Shown here: piece after piece, positions 1 to 9,639 of the stretch
How positions within the stretch are numbered: position 1 is the stretch's first letter
Layout: each line of letters begins with the position of its first letter
Assembly (NCBI RefSeq): GCF_001457595.1
Contig: NZ_LN831039.1
Location: 2,580,001-2,612,000 of the forward strand
Source of the DNA: Mycolicibacterium smegmatis
GTDB lineage: Bacteria > Actinomycetota > Actinomycetes > Mycobacteriales > Mycobacteriaceae
Direction of reading: 5' to 3'
DNA length: 32,000 bases
Program-made: the position numbers and the translations under genes
Notes under the pieces: model-generated
The model's input: the letters and a program-made list of their open reading frames with translations, nothing else
The model's database searches: none
Told to the model about the DNA's origin: nothing

Positions 1-468
1 TCCCCGCACTTCGGTTCGCCGCCCGCGGCCGATCTGCTGCGCCAGCAGTTCGTGCTGGCACTCGACGGCGATCTGGACGTGATCGGCTCGCTGGAGCGAC
101 GTGAGCGCGAGGCCGCACAGTATCCGACCACGCGTGCGGGGGAGATCCTCGCCGCGGTGCCTGCCAACCACGTGCCCGCACCGCCGCGCCTGCTGTGGGC
201 CGACGGCAGCAATCCCGGTGAGCTGATCGTGCAGATCCGCACGATCGACCGCGCTGGTCTGCTCGCGCGGCTCACCGCGGTGTTCGAACGCGACGGCGTC
301 GACATCGCGTGGGCCAAGGTGACCACGCTGGGCTCGTCGGTGGTCGACGCGTTCGGGATCACCACCGCCGACGGCCGCACCGAGCAGGTGCGTCAGGAAC
401 TCGAGCGCGACCTGTACGCGGTGCTGCCCACCCCGCCGCCTGCCAAGCCCGCCGAACAGGCCAGCTGA
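1..468 (+). CDS. glnD: [Protein-PII] uridylyltransferase GlnD, C-terminal ACT domain, truncated at window start
   Basis: Frame +1 is open to the window edge. It contains a C-terminal ACT-domain pattern (ELIVQIRTIDRAGLLARLTAVFERDGVDIAWAKVTTLGSSVVDAFGITT). It lies upstream of ffh as in mycobacteria. Confidence 0.88.
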   Translation, partial: SPHFGSPPAADLLRQQFVLALDGDLDVIGSLERREREAAQYPTTRAGEILAAVPANHVPAPPRLLWADGSNPGELIVQIRTIDRAGLLARLTAVFERDGVDIAWAKVTTLGSSVVDAFGITTADGRTEQVRQELERDLYAVLPTPPPAKPAEQAS

Positions 469-1314
469 TCAGCCGAGGGCCTGGTCGCCGATCACGGTGA
501 GCAGGCGCAGATCGTCGGCCGCCGAGGATCCGGCGGGCGGCGTGAGCACGACGAGCTGCTGGCCGTCCGCGGCGGCCAGGACCTCACAGTCCAGCGTGAT
601 GGGTCCGACGTGCGTCGAAAAGGTCTTGCGCTGCAGGCGCCGCACGGCCACCTCGTGACGCGACCACAGTTCGGCGAACTCGGGGCTGCGCGCCAGCAGG
701 CCGTCGACGAGTTCGCGCATATCGGCTTCGGTGCGTCGCCGGGCCCACGCCGCGCGCAGGTCGGCCACCATGATGCGGCTGTGCTGGTCGTGCTCGACGT
801 CCGGGAACTGTTCGCGCACAACAGGATCGATGAACCACTGCCAGATCATGCTGGCCTCCACCGTGGTCTCGGCGGTGGTGAGGTCGCCCATCAGAAGTTT
901 GGCCATGGCGTTCTGCGCCAGCATGATCCCGGTGTCGGTGCACACGAACGCGGCGGCGTCGCGCATGCGGTCCAGGACGAACAGCAGCGCGGGACGCACA
1001 TGTGTCGAGAGCCCGCCCCGGTCCGGTACGGCGTGACCCGCCAGGCGGTAGAGGTGGTCCCGTTCGTCGTCGGTGAGGCGCAGGGCGCGAGCCAGCGCCC
1101 GCAGCATCTGCGGTGACGGCTGCGGGCCGCGGGCCTGTTCGAGCCGGCCGTAGTAGTCCACCGACATGCCCGTCAGCTGCGCGACCTCTTCTCGTCGCAG
1201 GCCCGCGGTGCGCCGCCGCGGGCCCTCGGGCAGTCCGACGTCCTGCGGCCTGATCGCCTCCCTGCGCCGGCGCAGGAACTCGGCCAGCGCGTCTCGGTCC
1301 ATCGGCTCGCCCAT
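469..1314 (-). CDS. XRE-family helix-turn-helix regulator with MmyB-like ligand-binding domain
   Basis: Protein from MGEPMDRDALAEFLRRRREAI; HTH segment RRTAGLRREEVAQLTGMSVDYYGRLEQARG; C-terminal MmyB-like part ending in VLTPPAGSSAADDLRLL. The ORF track extends upstream, but 1314 is the likely ATG. Confidence 0.88.
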   Translation of the reverse strand: MGEPMDRDALAEFLRRRREAIRPQDVGLPEGPRRRTAGLRREEVAQLTGMSVDYYGRLEQARGPQPSPQMLRALARALRLTDDERDHLYRLAGHAVPDRGGLSTHVRPALLFVLDRMRDAAAFVCTDTGIMLAQNAMAKLLMGDLTTAETTVEASMIWQWFIDPVVREQFPDVEHDQHSRIMVADLRAAWARRRTEADMRELVDGLLARSPEFAELWSRHEVAVRRLQRKTFSTHVGPITLDCEVLAAADGQQLVVLTPPAGSSAADDLRLLTVIGDQALG

Positions 1315-1414
1315 CGCTTCATTGTCTCCCCGGGGCGGGGGTCGAGACAGGGACCGCGGATCCCTGGTTACACACGTCGTTGTCACCGTCGGCGCCCGGA
1401 CGAACACTGGGCCC

Positions 1415-2419
1415 ATGCGAACCAAGACACTGGGAACCCTGACCACCTCGGCGGTCGGCCTCGGCTGCATGGCGATGTCGGGACCGTACGGCGAAGCCGA
1501 TCGCGCCGAGAGCATCGCCACCGTCCAGGCCGCGCTCGACGCGGGCATCACCTTGCTGGACACCGCCGACTTCTACGGCAGCGGGCACAACGAGATGCTG
1601 CTCGCCGAGGCGCTGCGCGGCAGGGCCCGCGACACCTACCTTCTGAGCGTGAAGTTCGGCGCCCAGATCGGCCCCGGCGTCACCTGGCTCGGCTTCGACG
1701 CGCGATCCGTGGCCGTCAAGAGCGCGGTGGCGTATTCACTGCAGCGTCTCGGGACCGACCACATCGACATCTGCCGCCCCGCGCGTCTGGACCCCGCGGT
1801 CCCCATCGAGGAAACCGTCGGCGCCATAGGCGAACTCGTCGACGCCGGCTACGTGCGGCACATCGGGCTGTCGGAGGTGGGCTCGGACACGATCCGGCGG
1901 GCGGCCTCGGTGCGTCCCATCGCCGACCTGCAGATCGAGTACTCGTTGATGTCACGCGGCATCGAGAACGACATCCTCGACACCTGCCGTGAGCTGGGTA
2001 TCGGCATCACCGCGTACGGCGTGCTCTCACGCGGTCTGCTCAGCGGCCACTGGACGCCGGGCGGCGGCCGAGAAGGCGACGCCCGCTCGGCGTATCCGCG
2101 GTTCTCGGGCGCCAATTTCGAGCGCAACCTGGCGCTGGTCGACGCGCTGCGCGGCGTGGCCGACGAGCTGGGCGTGTCAGCGGCGCAGGCCGCGATCGCC
2201 TGGGTGGCCACCCGCGGTGACGACGTCGTACCGCTGATCGGCGCACGCACCCGCACGCGCCTGTCCGAGGCCCTCGGCGCCGTCGATCTGACGCTCACCG
2301 GTGAACAGCTCGCGCGCATCGAATCGGCCGTGCCTGCCGACGAGGTGGCGGGGGACCGTTACACCGCCCAGCAGATGGCGGCCCTCGACTCCGAGCGCGT
2401 TCCCGCCGACCACCCCTGA
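1415..2419 (+). CDS. Aldo/keto reductase
   Basis: MRTKTLGTLTTSAVGLGCMAMSGPYG, ITLLDTADFYGSGHNE, YSLMSRGIE and IPLIGARTRTRL-like AKR motifs; ATG at 1415 in the longer ORF. Confidence 0.92.
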   Translation: MRTKTLGTLTTSAVGLGCMAMSGPYGEADRAESIATVQAALDAGITLLDTADFYGSGHNEMLLAEALRGRARDTYLLSVKFGAQIGPGVTWLGFDARSVAVKSAVAYSLQRLGTDHIDICRPARLDPAVPIEETVGAIGELVDAGYVRHIGLSEVGSDTIRRAASVRPIADLQIEYSLMSRGIENDILDTCRELGIGITAYGVLSRGLLSGHWTPGGGREGDARSAYPRFSGANFERNLALVDALRGVADELGVSAAQAAIAWVATRGDDVVPLIGARTRTRLSEALGAVDLTLTGEQLARIESAVPADEVAGDRYTAQQMAALDSERVPADHP

Positions 2420-2484
2420 GCGCCCCGGGGCCGGGCCCGTGGCGTGCGGCGACGTCGCGATTGCGCGCCCGTTAGGCTTGTCAC

Positions 2485-4053
2485 GTGTTTGAAAGCCTGT
2501 CTGACCGGTTGACCGGTGCCCTGCAGGGGCTACGTGGCAAGGGGCGGTTGACCGACGCCGACATCGATGCCACGACGCGCGAGATCAGGTTGGCCCTGCT
2601 GGAGGCAGACGTCTCGCTGCCGGTCGTGCGTGCGTTCGTCGCGCGCATCAAGGAGCGCGCGAAGGGTGCGGAGGTCTCCGCGGCGCTCAACCCCGCGCAG
2701 CAGGTGGTCAAGATCGTCAACGAGGAGCTCATCGGCATCCTCGGTGGCGAGACCCGCCAGCTGGCGTTCGCCAAGACGCCGCCGACGGTCATCATGCTGG
2801 CCGGTCTGCAGGGTGCCGGTAAGACCACCCTGGCGGGCAAGCTCGCCAAGTGGCTCAAGGACAAGGGTCACAGCCCGCTGCTCGTGGCGTGTGACCTGCA
2901 GCGCCCCGGCGCGGTCAACCAGCTGCAGATCGTCGGTGAACGTGCGGGCGTCGCGGTGTTCGCGCCGCACCCGGGTACCGCGCCCGGCGCCCACGAGACC
3001 GAGGGCGCAGGCCCCGGCGACCCGGTCGCGGTGGCCGCCGCGGGTCTGGCCGAGGCCAAGACCAAGCTGTATGACGTCGTGATCGTCGACACCGCGGGCC
3101 GCCTGGGCATCGACGACGTGCTGATGGCGCAGGCCGCGGGCATCCGCGACGCCGTGCAGCCCGACGAGACGCTGTTCGTGCTCGACGCGATGATCGGTCA
3201 GGACGCGGTCGCGACGGCCGAGGCGTTCCGCGAGGGCGTCGGCTTCACCGGCGTGGTGCTCACCAAGCTCGACGGCGACGCGCGCGGTGGTGCCGCGCTG
3301 TCGGTCCGCGAGGTCACGGGCGTGCCGATCCTGTTCGCGTCGGCCGGCGAGAAGCTCGAGGACTTCGACGTCTTCCATCCCGACCGCATGGCCAGCCGGA
3401 TCCTCGGCATGGGTGACGTGCTCACGCTCATCGAGCAGGCCGAGCAGGTCTTCGACGCCCAGAAGGCCGAGGAGGCCGCCGCCAAGATCGGCACCGGTGA
3501 GCTGACGCTGGAGGACTTCCTCGAGCAGATGCTCACGATCCGCAAGATGGGGCCGATCGGCAACCTCTTGGGCATGCTGCCCGGCGCGGGGCAGATGAAG
3601 GACGCGCTGGCCGCGGTCGACGACAAGCAACTCGACCGCGTGCAGGCCATCATCCGCGGTATGACGCCGCAGGAACGCGCCGATCCGAAGATCATCAACG
3701 CGTCGCGCCGCCTGCGCATCGCCAACGGCTCCGGTGTCACGGTGTCGGAGGTCAACCAGCTCGTCGACCGGTTCTTCGAGGCCCGCAAGATGATGTCCTC
3801 GATGGCCGGGCAGATGGGCATGGGGTTCGGGCGCAAGAGCGCGACCCGCAAGGCCGCCAAGAGCAAGGGCAAGAAGGGCAAGAACGCCAAGAAGGGGAAG
3901 GGACCGACCCAGCCGAAGGTGCGCAACCCGTTGGGCGCGGCGGGGCTGCCCGGTGGCTTCCCGGACCTGTCGAACATGCCCAAGGGCCTCGACGAACTGC
4001 CGCCCGGTCTGGCCGACTTCGACCTGTCGAAGCTGAAGTTCCCCAACAAGTAG
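2485..4053 (+). CDS. ffh: Signal recognition particle GTPase Ffh
   Basis: NG-domain motifs GLQGAGKTT, VDTAGRLG, TKLDGDARGG; methionine-rich M domain; GTG start. Confidence 0.98.
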   Translation: MFESLSDRLTGALQGLRGKGRLTDADIDATTREIRLALLEADVSLPVVRAFVARIKERAKGAEVSAALNPAQQVVKIVNEELIGILGGETRQLAFAKTPPTVIMLAGLQGAGKTTLAGKLAKWLKDKGHSPLLVACDLQRPGAVNQLQIVGERAGVAVFAPHPGTAPGAHETEGAGPGDPVAVAAAGLAEAKTKLYDVVIVDTAGRLGIDDVLMAQAAGIRDAVQPDETLFVLDAMIGQDAVATAEAFREGVGFTGVVLTKLDGDARGGAALSVREVTGVPILFASAGEKLEDFDVFHPDRMASRILGMGDVLTLIEQAEQVFDAQKAEEAAAKIGTGELTLEDFLEQMLTIRKMGPIGNLLGMLPGAGQMKDALAAVDDKQLDRVQAIIRGMTPQERADPKIINASRRLRIANGSGVTVSEVNQLVDRFFEARKMMSSMAGQMGMGFGRKSATRKAAKSKGKKGKNAKKGKGPTQPKVRNPLGAAGLPGGFPDLSNMPKGLDELPPGLADFDLSKLKFPNK

Positions 4054-5129
4054 TGTCCGCGCTGCACGTCCGCGGCCGCGGTCTGCCCGACGGTGAACCC
4101 GTCGAGTGGTGGATCGCCGACGGCGTGCTGTCCGCGGAGCCGATCGCGGGCGCCGACACCGTGTTCGGCGCGGGCGGCGAACTCGGTTGGATCATCCCGG
4201 GTCTGGTCGACGCGCACTGTCACGTCGGCCTCGGTCCTGGCGGCGCGGTCGGCATCGACGAGGCCGTCGCGCAGGCCGAGACCGAACGCGATGCCGGTGC
4301 GCTGCTGCTGCGCGACGCCGGATCGCCTCTGGACACACGCAGTTTGGACGATCGCGAGGATCTGCCGCGCATCATCCGTGCGGGCAGGCACCTCGCACGG
4401 CCCAAGCGCTACCTGCCCGGCGTGCCGATCGACATCGAGGACGAATCGCAGTTGCCCGCCGTGGTGGCCGAGCAGGCGCGGTGGGGCGACGGCTGGGTCA
4501 AGCTGATAGGCGACTGGATCGACCGTGGTGCAGGCGATCTCGCGCCGCTGTGGTCCGACGACGTGCTCAGGGCCGCGATCGACGCCGCACACGCCGAGGG
4601 TGCGCGGGTCACCGCGCACGTGTTCGGCGAGGACGCCCTGCCCGGCCTGATCGGCGCGGGCATCGACTGCATCGAGCACGGCACGGGCCTGACCGACGAC
4701 ACCATCGCGTCGATGGTCGAACACGGCACGGCGCTGGTGCCGACCCTGATCAACGTCGAGACCTTCCCGGGCATCGCCGACGCGGCGGGCAAGTACCCGA
4801 CCTACGCCAGGCACATGCGGGATCTGTACGCCTCGTGCTACGAGCGTGTCGCGGCCGCGCACGATGCGGGTGTGCCGATCTTCGCGGGCACCGACGCGGG
4901 CGGCACCATCGGCCACGGCCGCATCTCCGACGAGGTCGAGGCGCTCAAACGTATCGGCATGACCCCCACTCACGCGCTCGGCGCGGCGTGCTGGGACGCG
5001 CGGGCCTGGCTCGGCCGTCCCGGACTCGAGCACGGCGCATCGGCCGATCTGCTGTGCTTCGACGAGGATCCGCGCGTGGCCGGTGCGGACCATCCGGATC
5101 TGGTGATCCTGCGCGGCCGCATTTTCTAG
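4053..5129 (+). CDS. Amidohydrolase family protein
   Basis: HCHVGLGPGG metal-binding motif, HVFGEDALPGLIGAGIDCIEHGTGL, GTDAGGTIGHG; start overlaps the ffh stop; equivalent position to mycobacterial Rv2915c-like genes. Confidence 0.9.
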   Translation: MSALHVRGRGLPDGEPVEWWIADGVLSAEPIAGADTVFGAGGELGWIIPGLVDAHCHVGLGPGGAVGIDEAVAQAETERDAGALLLRDAGSPLDTRSLDDREDLPRIIRAGRHLARPKRYLPGVPIDIEDESQLPAVVAEQARWGDGWVKLIGDWIDRGAGDLAPLWSDDVLRAAIDAAHAEGARVTAHVFGEDALPGLIGAGIDCIEHGTGLTDDTIASMVEHGTALVPTLINVETFPGIADAAGKYPTYARHMRDLYASCYERVAAAHDAGVPIFAGTDAGGTIGHGRISDEVEALKRIGMTPTHALGAACWDARAWLGRPGLEHGASADLLCFDEDPRVAGADHPDLVILRGRIF

Positions 5130-5145
5130 TTTCGCCGAGATCGAC

Positions 5146-5171
5146 GAAAATGCCGCTGCGAGAGCGTTTTC
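5146..5171. terminator. Possible hairpin terminator between convergent genes
   Basis: GAAAATGC / GCGTTTTC arms (8 pairs including one G-U) around a 10-nt loop, with A- and T-runs on the two sides. It lies between the convergent amidohydrolase and DD-carboxypeptidase genes. Confidence 0.4.
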
Positions 5172-5210
5172 ACGACAGTTGCGTGGCTCTCGGCGTGAAG
5201 CGGGCCAGGA

Positions 5211-6038
5211 CTACTGGCTGAAGCCGTAGTCGAACAGGCGGATGGCCTGGTCGTAGAGATCACCTGTGCCGTACATCTGCACCACCACCAACCGGCGGTT
5301 GCCGCGCTGCGCGGCCCCGACGTAGGTCTTGCGGGCCAGGTTCGTGTAACCGGTCTTGCCGCCGATGTCGCCCGGATAGCGCGTGAGCAACTCGTTCTGA
5401 TAGGTCAGGGTCTTGCCCGGGAACTGGGCCGTGGTCTGCCGCAGGATCTGCGCGATCACCGGATAGTTCAGCGCCGCACGGAAGATCACCGCGAGATCGT
5501 GCGGTGTGGTGAGCGACTCCCAGCCCGGGCCGTCGAGACCCGACGGCGATGCGGCCCTGGTGTTGCGTGCCCCGACCGCGGCGGCCTTGCGGTTCATCGC
5601 CGCGACCGCGACGCGCGGCCCGCCGAGCATGTCGGCGAGCATGTTGGCCGCGTCGTTGCCCGAGACCATCAGCAGCGCGTCCAGCAGTTGGCGCGTGGTG
5701 TAGGGCTGGCCGGGTTTGAGCCCCACACAAGAACATTCGACCTTGGTGTGGGACGCGTTGGCCCTGGCGAAGTTGTCGGGGCGCAGATGGTCGAGCACCA
5801 CCATGGCCAGCAGCGGCTTGATGGTGCTCGCGGGTGCGTAGGACCCGTAGGGGTCCTTCGACGCGAGCACCCGGCCGGTGTCCATGTCGGCGACCAGCCA
5901 CGCCTTCGCGGGTCCGTCGGTGACGGCCGCGGCGCCCGCCGGTGCGGCGGCCGGTTCCGCGTGCGCGACAGGGGTGAACGTCGCGGCGGCCAGTGCCGTG
6001 CTGAGGGCGAACGCGGCCGCCGCGAACAGTCTTCGCAC
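5211..6038 (-). CDS. D-alanyl-D-alanine carboxypeptidase, serine type (low-molecular-mass PBP)
   Basis: Signal peptide; SxxK motif STIK; SGN motif in LLMVSGNDAANMLADMLGG; KTG motif in GDIGGKTGYTNLARKTYVGAAQR. Confidence 0.95.
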   Translation of the reverse strand: MRRLFAAAAFALSTALAAATFTPVAHAEPAAAPAGAAAVTDGPAKAWLVADMDTGRVLASKDPYGSYAPASTIKPLLAMVVLDHLRPDNFARANASHTKVECSCVGLKPGQPYTTRQLLDALLMVSGNDAANMLADMLGGPRVAVAAMNRKAAAVGARNTRAASPSGLDGPGWESLTTPHDLAVIFRAALNYPVIAQILRQTTAQFPGKTLTYQNELLTRYPGDIGGKTGYTNLARKTYVGAAQRGNRRLVVVQMYGTGDLYDQAIRLFDYGFSQ

Positions 6039-6107
6039 GCGCGCCGACGTTACGGACGGTAGGGCTCGAGTTGTGCGCGATCAGGTTTCCGTACGGCTAC
6101 AACCGGA

Positions 6108-6998
6108 TCAGAGCGCCCCGATGCTCGCCGAACGGTCCTGCGCGAAGCCCCAGTCCAGCAGGCCCGCGGCCTGATCCCAGTACGTCGGCCCGCCCTCTTT
6201 CACCAGGCCGTACATCATCGCGATCACCAGGCGGCGCCCGTCGCGCTGCGCGGCCGCCACGAAGGTCTTGCGCGCGATGTCGGTGAAACCGGTCTTGCCG
6301 CCCAGCGTGCCGGGATAGCGGTGCAGCAACTCGTTCTGGTTGACCAGCACCCGGTCGCCGGTCTTTGCCGGGAACACCGTCGAGGGCATCGCGGTGATCT
6401 GGGCGAAGACCGGGTCGGCCATGGCGGCTCGGAAGATCACCGCGAGGTCGTGGGGTGTGGACCAGAACGGCATGCCGGGGGCGTCCAGTCCCGACGGGGT
6501 GACCACGTTGGTGTCGCGCGCACCCAGTTGCGCGGCCTTGGCGTTCATCTTCGCGACGGCGGCCTCGGGGCCGCCGAGCATGCGGGCCAGGGTGTTCGCC
6601 GCGTCGTTGCCCGACGCCAGCAGTGCGGCCTCGAGCAGTTGGCGTGCGGTGTAGGTACGGCCGGGGGCCACGCCCGCGCAGTTGCATTCGACGTCGGTGT
6701 CGGTCTCGTCGGCGACGATCGTGGAGTCCAGCGGCACCTCGTCGAGAACCACGAGCGCCAGCAGGGTCTTGATGGTGCTCGCGGGGGCGTGCCGGACGTA
6801 TTCGCCTCGGCCGGCGAGGATCTGGCCGGTGTCCATGTCGGCCACCACCCACGTCTCGGCGGGTCCCTCGGGCGGGGCCACCGATCCGACCTGCTGGATG
6901 TCGGCGTCCGCGCGGGCGACGGGCACTGCGAGGGATCCGGGGCCGGTGATCAGACCGGACACGACGAGCACGACCAGCCCGAAGGCGTACCTCCACAT
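6108..6998 (-). CDS. D-alanyl-D-alanine carboxypeptidase, serine type (tandem paralogue)
   Basis: Signal peptide/TM; STIK, SGN (LLASGNDAANTLARMLGG) and KTG (TLGGKTGFTDIARKTFVAAAQR); strongly similar to the adjacent gene; DacB2-like by synteny. Confidence 0.95.
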   Translation of the reverse strand: MWRYAFGLVVLVVSGLITGPGSLAVPVARADADIQQVGSVAPPEGPAETWVVADMDTGQILAGRGEYVRHAPASTIKTLLALVVLDEVPLDSTIVADETDTDVECNCAGVAPGRTYTARQLLEAALLASGNDAANTLARMLGGPEAAVAKMNAKAAQLGARDTNVVTPSGLDAPGMPFWSTPHDLAVIFRAAMADPVFAQITAMPSTVFPAKTGDRVLVNQNELLHRYPGTLGGKTGFTDIARKTFVAAAQRDGRRLVIAMMYGLVKEGGPTYWDQAAGLLDWGFAQDRSASIGAL

Positions 6999-7015
6999 GG
7001 CCGGCCAGCCTAGTC

Positions 7016-7465
7016 GTGTTGAATCGAGACATGTTGAGCCTGGCCGAGATCTCGGATCGCCTGGAGATCCAGCAACTCCTGGTGGACTATTCGACTGCCA
7101 TCGACCGCAGACAGTTCGACGACCTCGACGCGGTGTTCACCCCGGACGCCTACATCGACTATCGGGCCATGGGCGGTATCGACGGCCACTATCCCGAGGT
7201 CAAGGCGTGGCTGGCCGAGGTGCTGCCTGCGTTCCCGGCGTACGCGCACATGCTCGGCAACTTCGATGTGCGCATCACCTACGACCCGGACGGGCAGGAC
7301 ACCGCGAGTTCACGCACCATCTGCTTCAACCCGATGGTGCTCGACGGGCTCTCACCGCAGGTGCTGTTCTGCGGCCTGTGGTACGACGATCAGTTCGTGC
7401 GCACGCCCGAGGGCTGGCGGATGACGCGTCGCGTCGAGACCAAATGCTTCGACAAGGTGATCTGA
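7016..7465 (+). CDS. SnoaL-like/NTF2-fold protein
   Basis: MLSLAEISDRLEIQQLLVDYSTAIDRRQFDDLDAVFTPDAYIDYRAMGG is a classic SnoaL_4 N-terminus. The start may be 7031 instead. Confidence 0.85.
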   Translation: MLNRDMLSLAEISDRLEIQQLLVDYSTAIDRRQFDDLDAVFTPDAYIDYRAMGGIDGHYPEVKAWLAEVLPAFPAYAHMLGNFDVRITYDPDGQDTASSRTICFNPMVLDGLSPQVLFCGLWYDDQFVRTPEGWRMTRRVETKCFDKVI

Positions 7466-7518
7466 CCGGGTGATCTGGCGCACGTCCAGTGACGGCCTGA
7501 CCTGCGCCGCGGCGGGAT

Positions 7519-7548
7519 TTGGGAGTGTGCTGTCCGCTCTGGCACAAT
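7519..7548 (+). promoter_or_regulatory. Candidate promoter for the rpsP operon
   Basis: TTGGGA (7519-7524), 18-nt spacer, CACAAT (7543-7548), inside TCTGGCACAATGG, which also occurs upstream of rplS. Not experimentally supported. Confidence 0.35.
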
Positions 7549-7669
7549 GGTCGGCTGTCCGGCGTGCGACTACGGCTGCGCGTCGGTCACACACGCGAGG
7601 CAAAACCGGATCGGGCAATTCCGCCCGCATCGCTGAATTGCAGCGTGACACCTAGGAGAAGACTTACAC

Positions 7670-8140
7670 ATGGCTGTCAAGATCAAGCTCACCCGGCTCG
7701 GCAAGATCCGCAACCCCCAGTACCGCATCATCGTCGCCGATGCGCGCACGCGCCGCGACGGCCGCGCCATCGAGGTCATCGGCCGGTACCACCCGAAGGA
7801 AGAGCCGAGCCTGATCCAGATCGACAGCGAGCGTGCGCAGTACTGGCTGGGTGTCGGCGCGCAGCCCACCGAGCCGGTTCTGGCCCTGCTGAAGATCACC
7901 GGTGACTGGCAGAAGTTCAAGGGCCTGCCGGGCGCCGAGGGCACGCTGAAGGTCAAGGAGCCCAAGCCGTCCAAGCTGGATCTGTTCAACGCAGCCCTGG
8001 CCGAGGCCGAGAGCGGCACCACCGCGGCCGCCACCACGCCCAAGAAGAAGAAGGCGCCGAAGAAGGATGAGGCTGCCGAGGCGCCGGCTGAGGCCGCCGA
8101 GGCTTCGGCTGAAGCCGCCGACGCCGCAAGCGAGAGCTGA
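7670..8140 (+). CDS. rpsP: 30S ribosomal protein S16
   Basis: [42 protein letters not shown]; preceded by TAGGAGAAG Shine-Dalgarno; Ala/Lys/Glu-rich C-terminal extension. Confidence 0.98.
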   Translation: MAVKIKLTRLGKIRNPQYRIIVADARTRRDGRAIEVIGRYHPKEEPSLIQIDSERAQYWLGVGAQPTEPVLALLKITGDWQKFKGLPGAEGTLKVKEPKPSKLDLFNAALAEAESGTTAAATTPKKKKAPKKDEAAEAPAEAAEASAEAADAASES

Positions 8141-8148
8141 GCACCGCA

Positions 8149-8391
8149 GTGAGTTCAGTCGTGGTCGACGCCGTCGAGCACCTGGTCCGCGGGATCGTCG
8201 ACAACCCTGACGATGTGCGTGTCGACATGGTCACCAACCGCCGGGGACGGACCGTCGAGGTGCATGTGCACCCCGACGACCTCGGCAAGGTGATCGGCCG
8301 TGGCGGCCGTACCGCCACGGCGCTGCGCACCCTGGTCGCCGGGATCGGCGGCCGGGGCATCCGCGTCGACGTCGTCGACACCGACCAGTAA
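8149..8391 (+). CDS. khpA: KH-domain RNA-binding protein (KhpA/YlqC family)
   Basis: [22 protein letters not shown] plus KH motif [20 protein letters not shown]; located between rpsP and rimM. Confidence 0.93.
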   Translation: MSSVVVDAVEHLVRGIVDNPDDVRVDMVTNRRGRTVEVHVHPDDLGKVIGRGGRTATALRTLVAGIGGRGIRVDVVDTDQ

Positions 8392-8425
8392 CCGCTTTCA
8401 CCGAAGCGGCTGCTCGGGAATCGAC

Positions 8426-8947
8426 ATGGACCTGGTTGTCGGGCGGGTCGTCAAGGCACACGGGATCTCCGGCGAGGTCGTCGTCGAGATCCGCACCGAC
8501 GATCCGGAAGCACGGTTCGCACCCGGCGCGGTGCTGCGCGGCAGGCCCAGATCCGGGGCCGAACGCGAATACACGATCGAATCGGTCCGCGCGCACGGCG
8601 GTCGCCTGCTGGTACGTCTCGCAGGCATCGCCGACCGCAACGGCGCCGATGAACTGCGCGGCACGGTGTTCCTGGTGGACACCGCCGAACTTCCCTCGAT
8701 CGACGACCCCGACGAGTTCTACGACCACGAACTCGAGGGCATGCGCGTCGTGACGGTCGACGACGCGCCTGTCGGCAAGGTCGCCGAGGTGTTGCACACC
8801 GCGGGCGGGGAGATCCTCGCGGTGAAGGCCGACGAGGGCGGTCGAGAGATCCTCGTGCCGTTCGTCGGCGCCATCGTGACATCGGTATCGCGCGAGAACG
8901 CGACCATCGTCATCGACCCGCCCGAGGGTCTGCTGGATCTGGCCTGA
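8426..8947 (+). CDS. rimM: Ribosome maturation factor RimM
   Basis: [34 protein letters not shown]-barrel part [23 protein letters not shown]; ATG at 8426. Confidence 0.96.
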   Translation: MDLVVGRVVKAHGISGEVVVEIRTDDPEARFAPGAVLRGRPRSGAEREYTIESVRAHGGRLLVRLAGIADRNGADELRGTVFLVDTAELPSIDDPDEFYDHELEGMRVVTVDDAPVGKVAEVLHTAGGEILAVKADEGGREILVPFVGAIVTSVSRENATIVIDPPEGLLDLA

Positions 8948-8961
8948 GAGGGGGCGGCGCC

Positions 8962-9639
8962 GTGCGTATCGACGTCATCTCGATATTTCCCGCCTACCTC
9001 GATCCGATCCGGCAGTCGTTGCCGGGCAAGGCCATCGACGCCGGCATCGTCTCCGTCGAGGTGCACGACCTGCGCAACTGGACCCACGACGTGCACCGCT
9101 CCGTGGACGACTCGCCCTACGGCGGTGGTCCCGGCATGGTGATGAAAGCTCCGGTGTGGGGTGAGGCGCTCGACGGGATCTGCTCGGAGGAAACGCTTCT
9201 CGTGGTGCCGACGCCTGCGGGCCGGCTGTTCGACCAGCGCACGGCCCAGCGCTGGAGCACCGAGAGACACCTGGTGTTCGCGTGCGGACGCTACGAGGGC
9301 ATCGATCAGCGCGTCGTCGACGACGCCGCGCGGCGCATGCGCGTCGAAGAGGTCTCGATCGGCGACTACGTGCTCAACGGGGGAGAGGCCGCCACGCTGG
9401 TGATGGTCGAGGCCGTGGTGCGCCTGCTGCCCGATGTGCTCGGCAATCCCGCTTCGCACCAACAGGATTCACACTCCGACGGGCTGCTCGAAGGACCCAG
9501 CTACACGCGCCCGCCGAGCTGGCGCGGGCTCGACGTGCCGCCGGTCCTGCTCTCCGGCGACCACGCGAAGGTCGCGGCGTGGCGCCACGAGCAGGCCCTG
9601 CAGCGCACCCGAGAGCGCCGCCCCGACCTGCTCGACTGA
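8962..9639 (+). CDS. trmD: tRNA (guanine37-N1)-methyltransferase
   Basis: [65 protein letters not shown]; GTG start. Confidence 0.98.
   Translation: MRIDVISIFPAYLDPIRQSLPGKAIDAGIVSVEVHDLRNWTHDVHRSVDDSPYGGGPGMVMKAPVWGEALDGICSEETLLVVPTPAGRLFDQRTAQRWSTERHLVFACGRYEGIDQRVVDDAARRMRVEEVSIGDYVLNGGEAATLVMVEAVVRLLPDVLGNPASHQQDSHSDGLLEGPSYTRPPSWRGLDVPPVLLSGDHAKVAAWRHEQALQRTRERRPDLLD

Noticed and set aside
2941-3060. Insertion in the Ffh G domain (HPGTAPGAHETEGAGPGD)
   Set aside because: Lineage-typical variable loop; the motif set and reading frame are intact, so it is not a separate element or frameshift.
2530-3630. 366-aa minus-strand ORF inside ffh
   Set aside because: Antisense artefact of codon-position GC bias; ffh motifs are unambiguous on the other strand.
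3198-5093. 631-aa minus-strand ORF antisense to ffh/amidohydrolase
   Set aside because: Shadow ORF of high-GC coding DNA; low-complexity His/Arg/Ala-rich translation with no domain signature, while the plus strand encodes clear Ffh and amidohydrolase.
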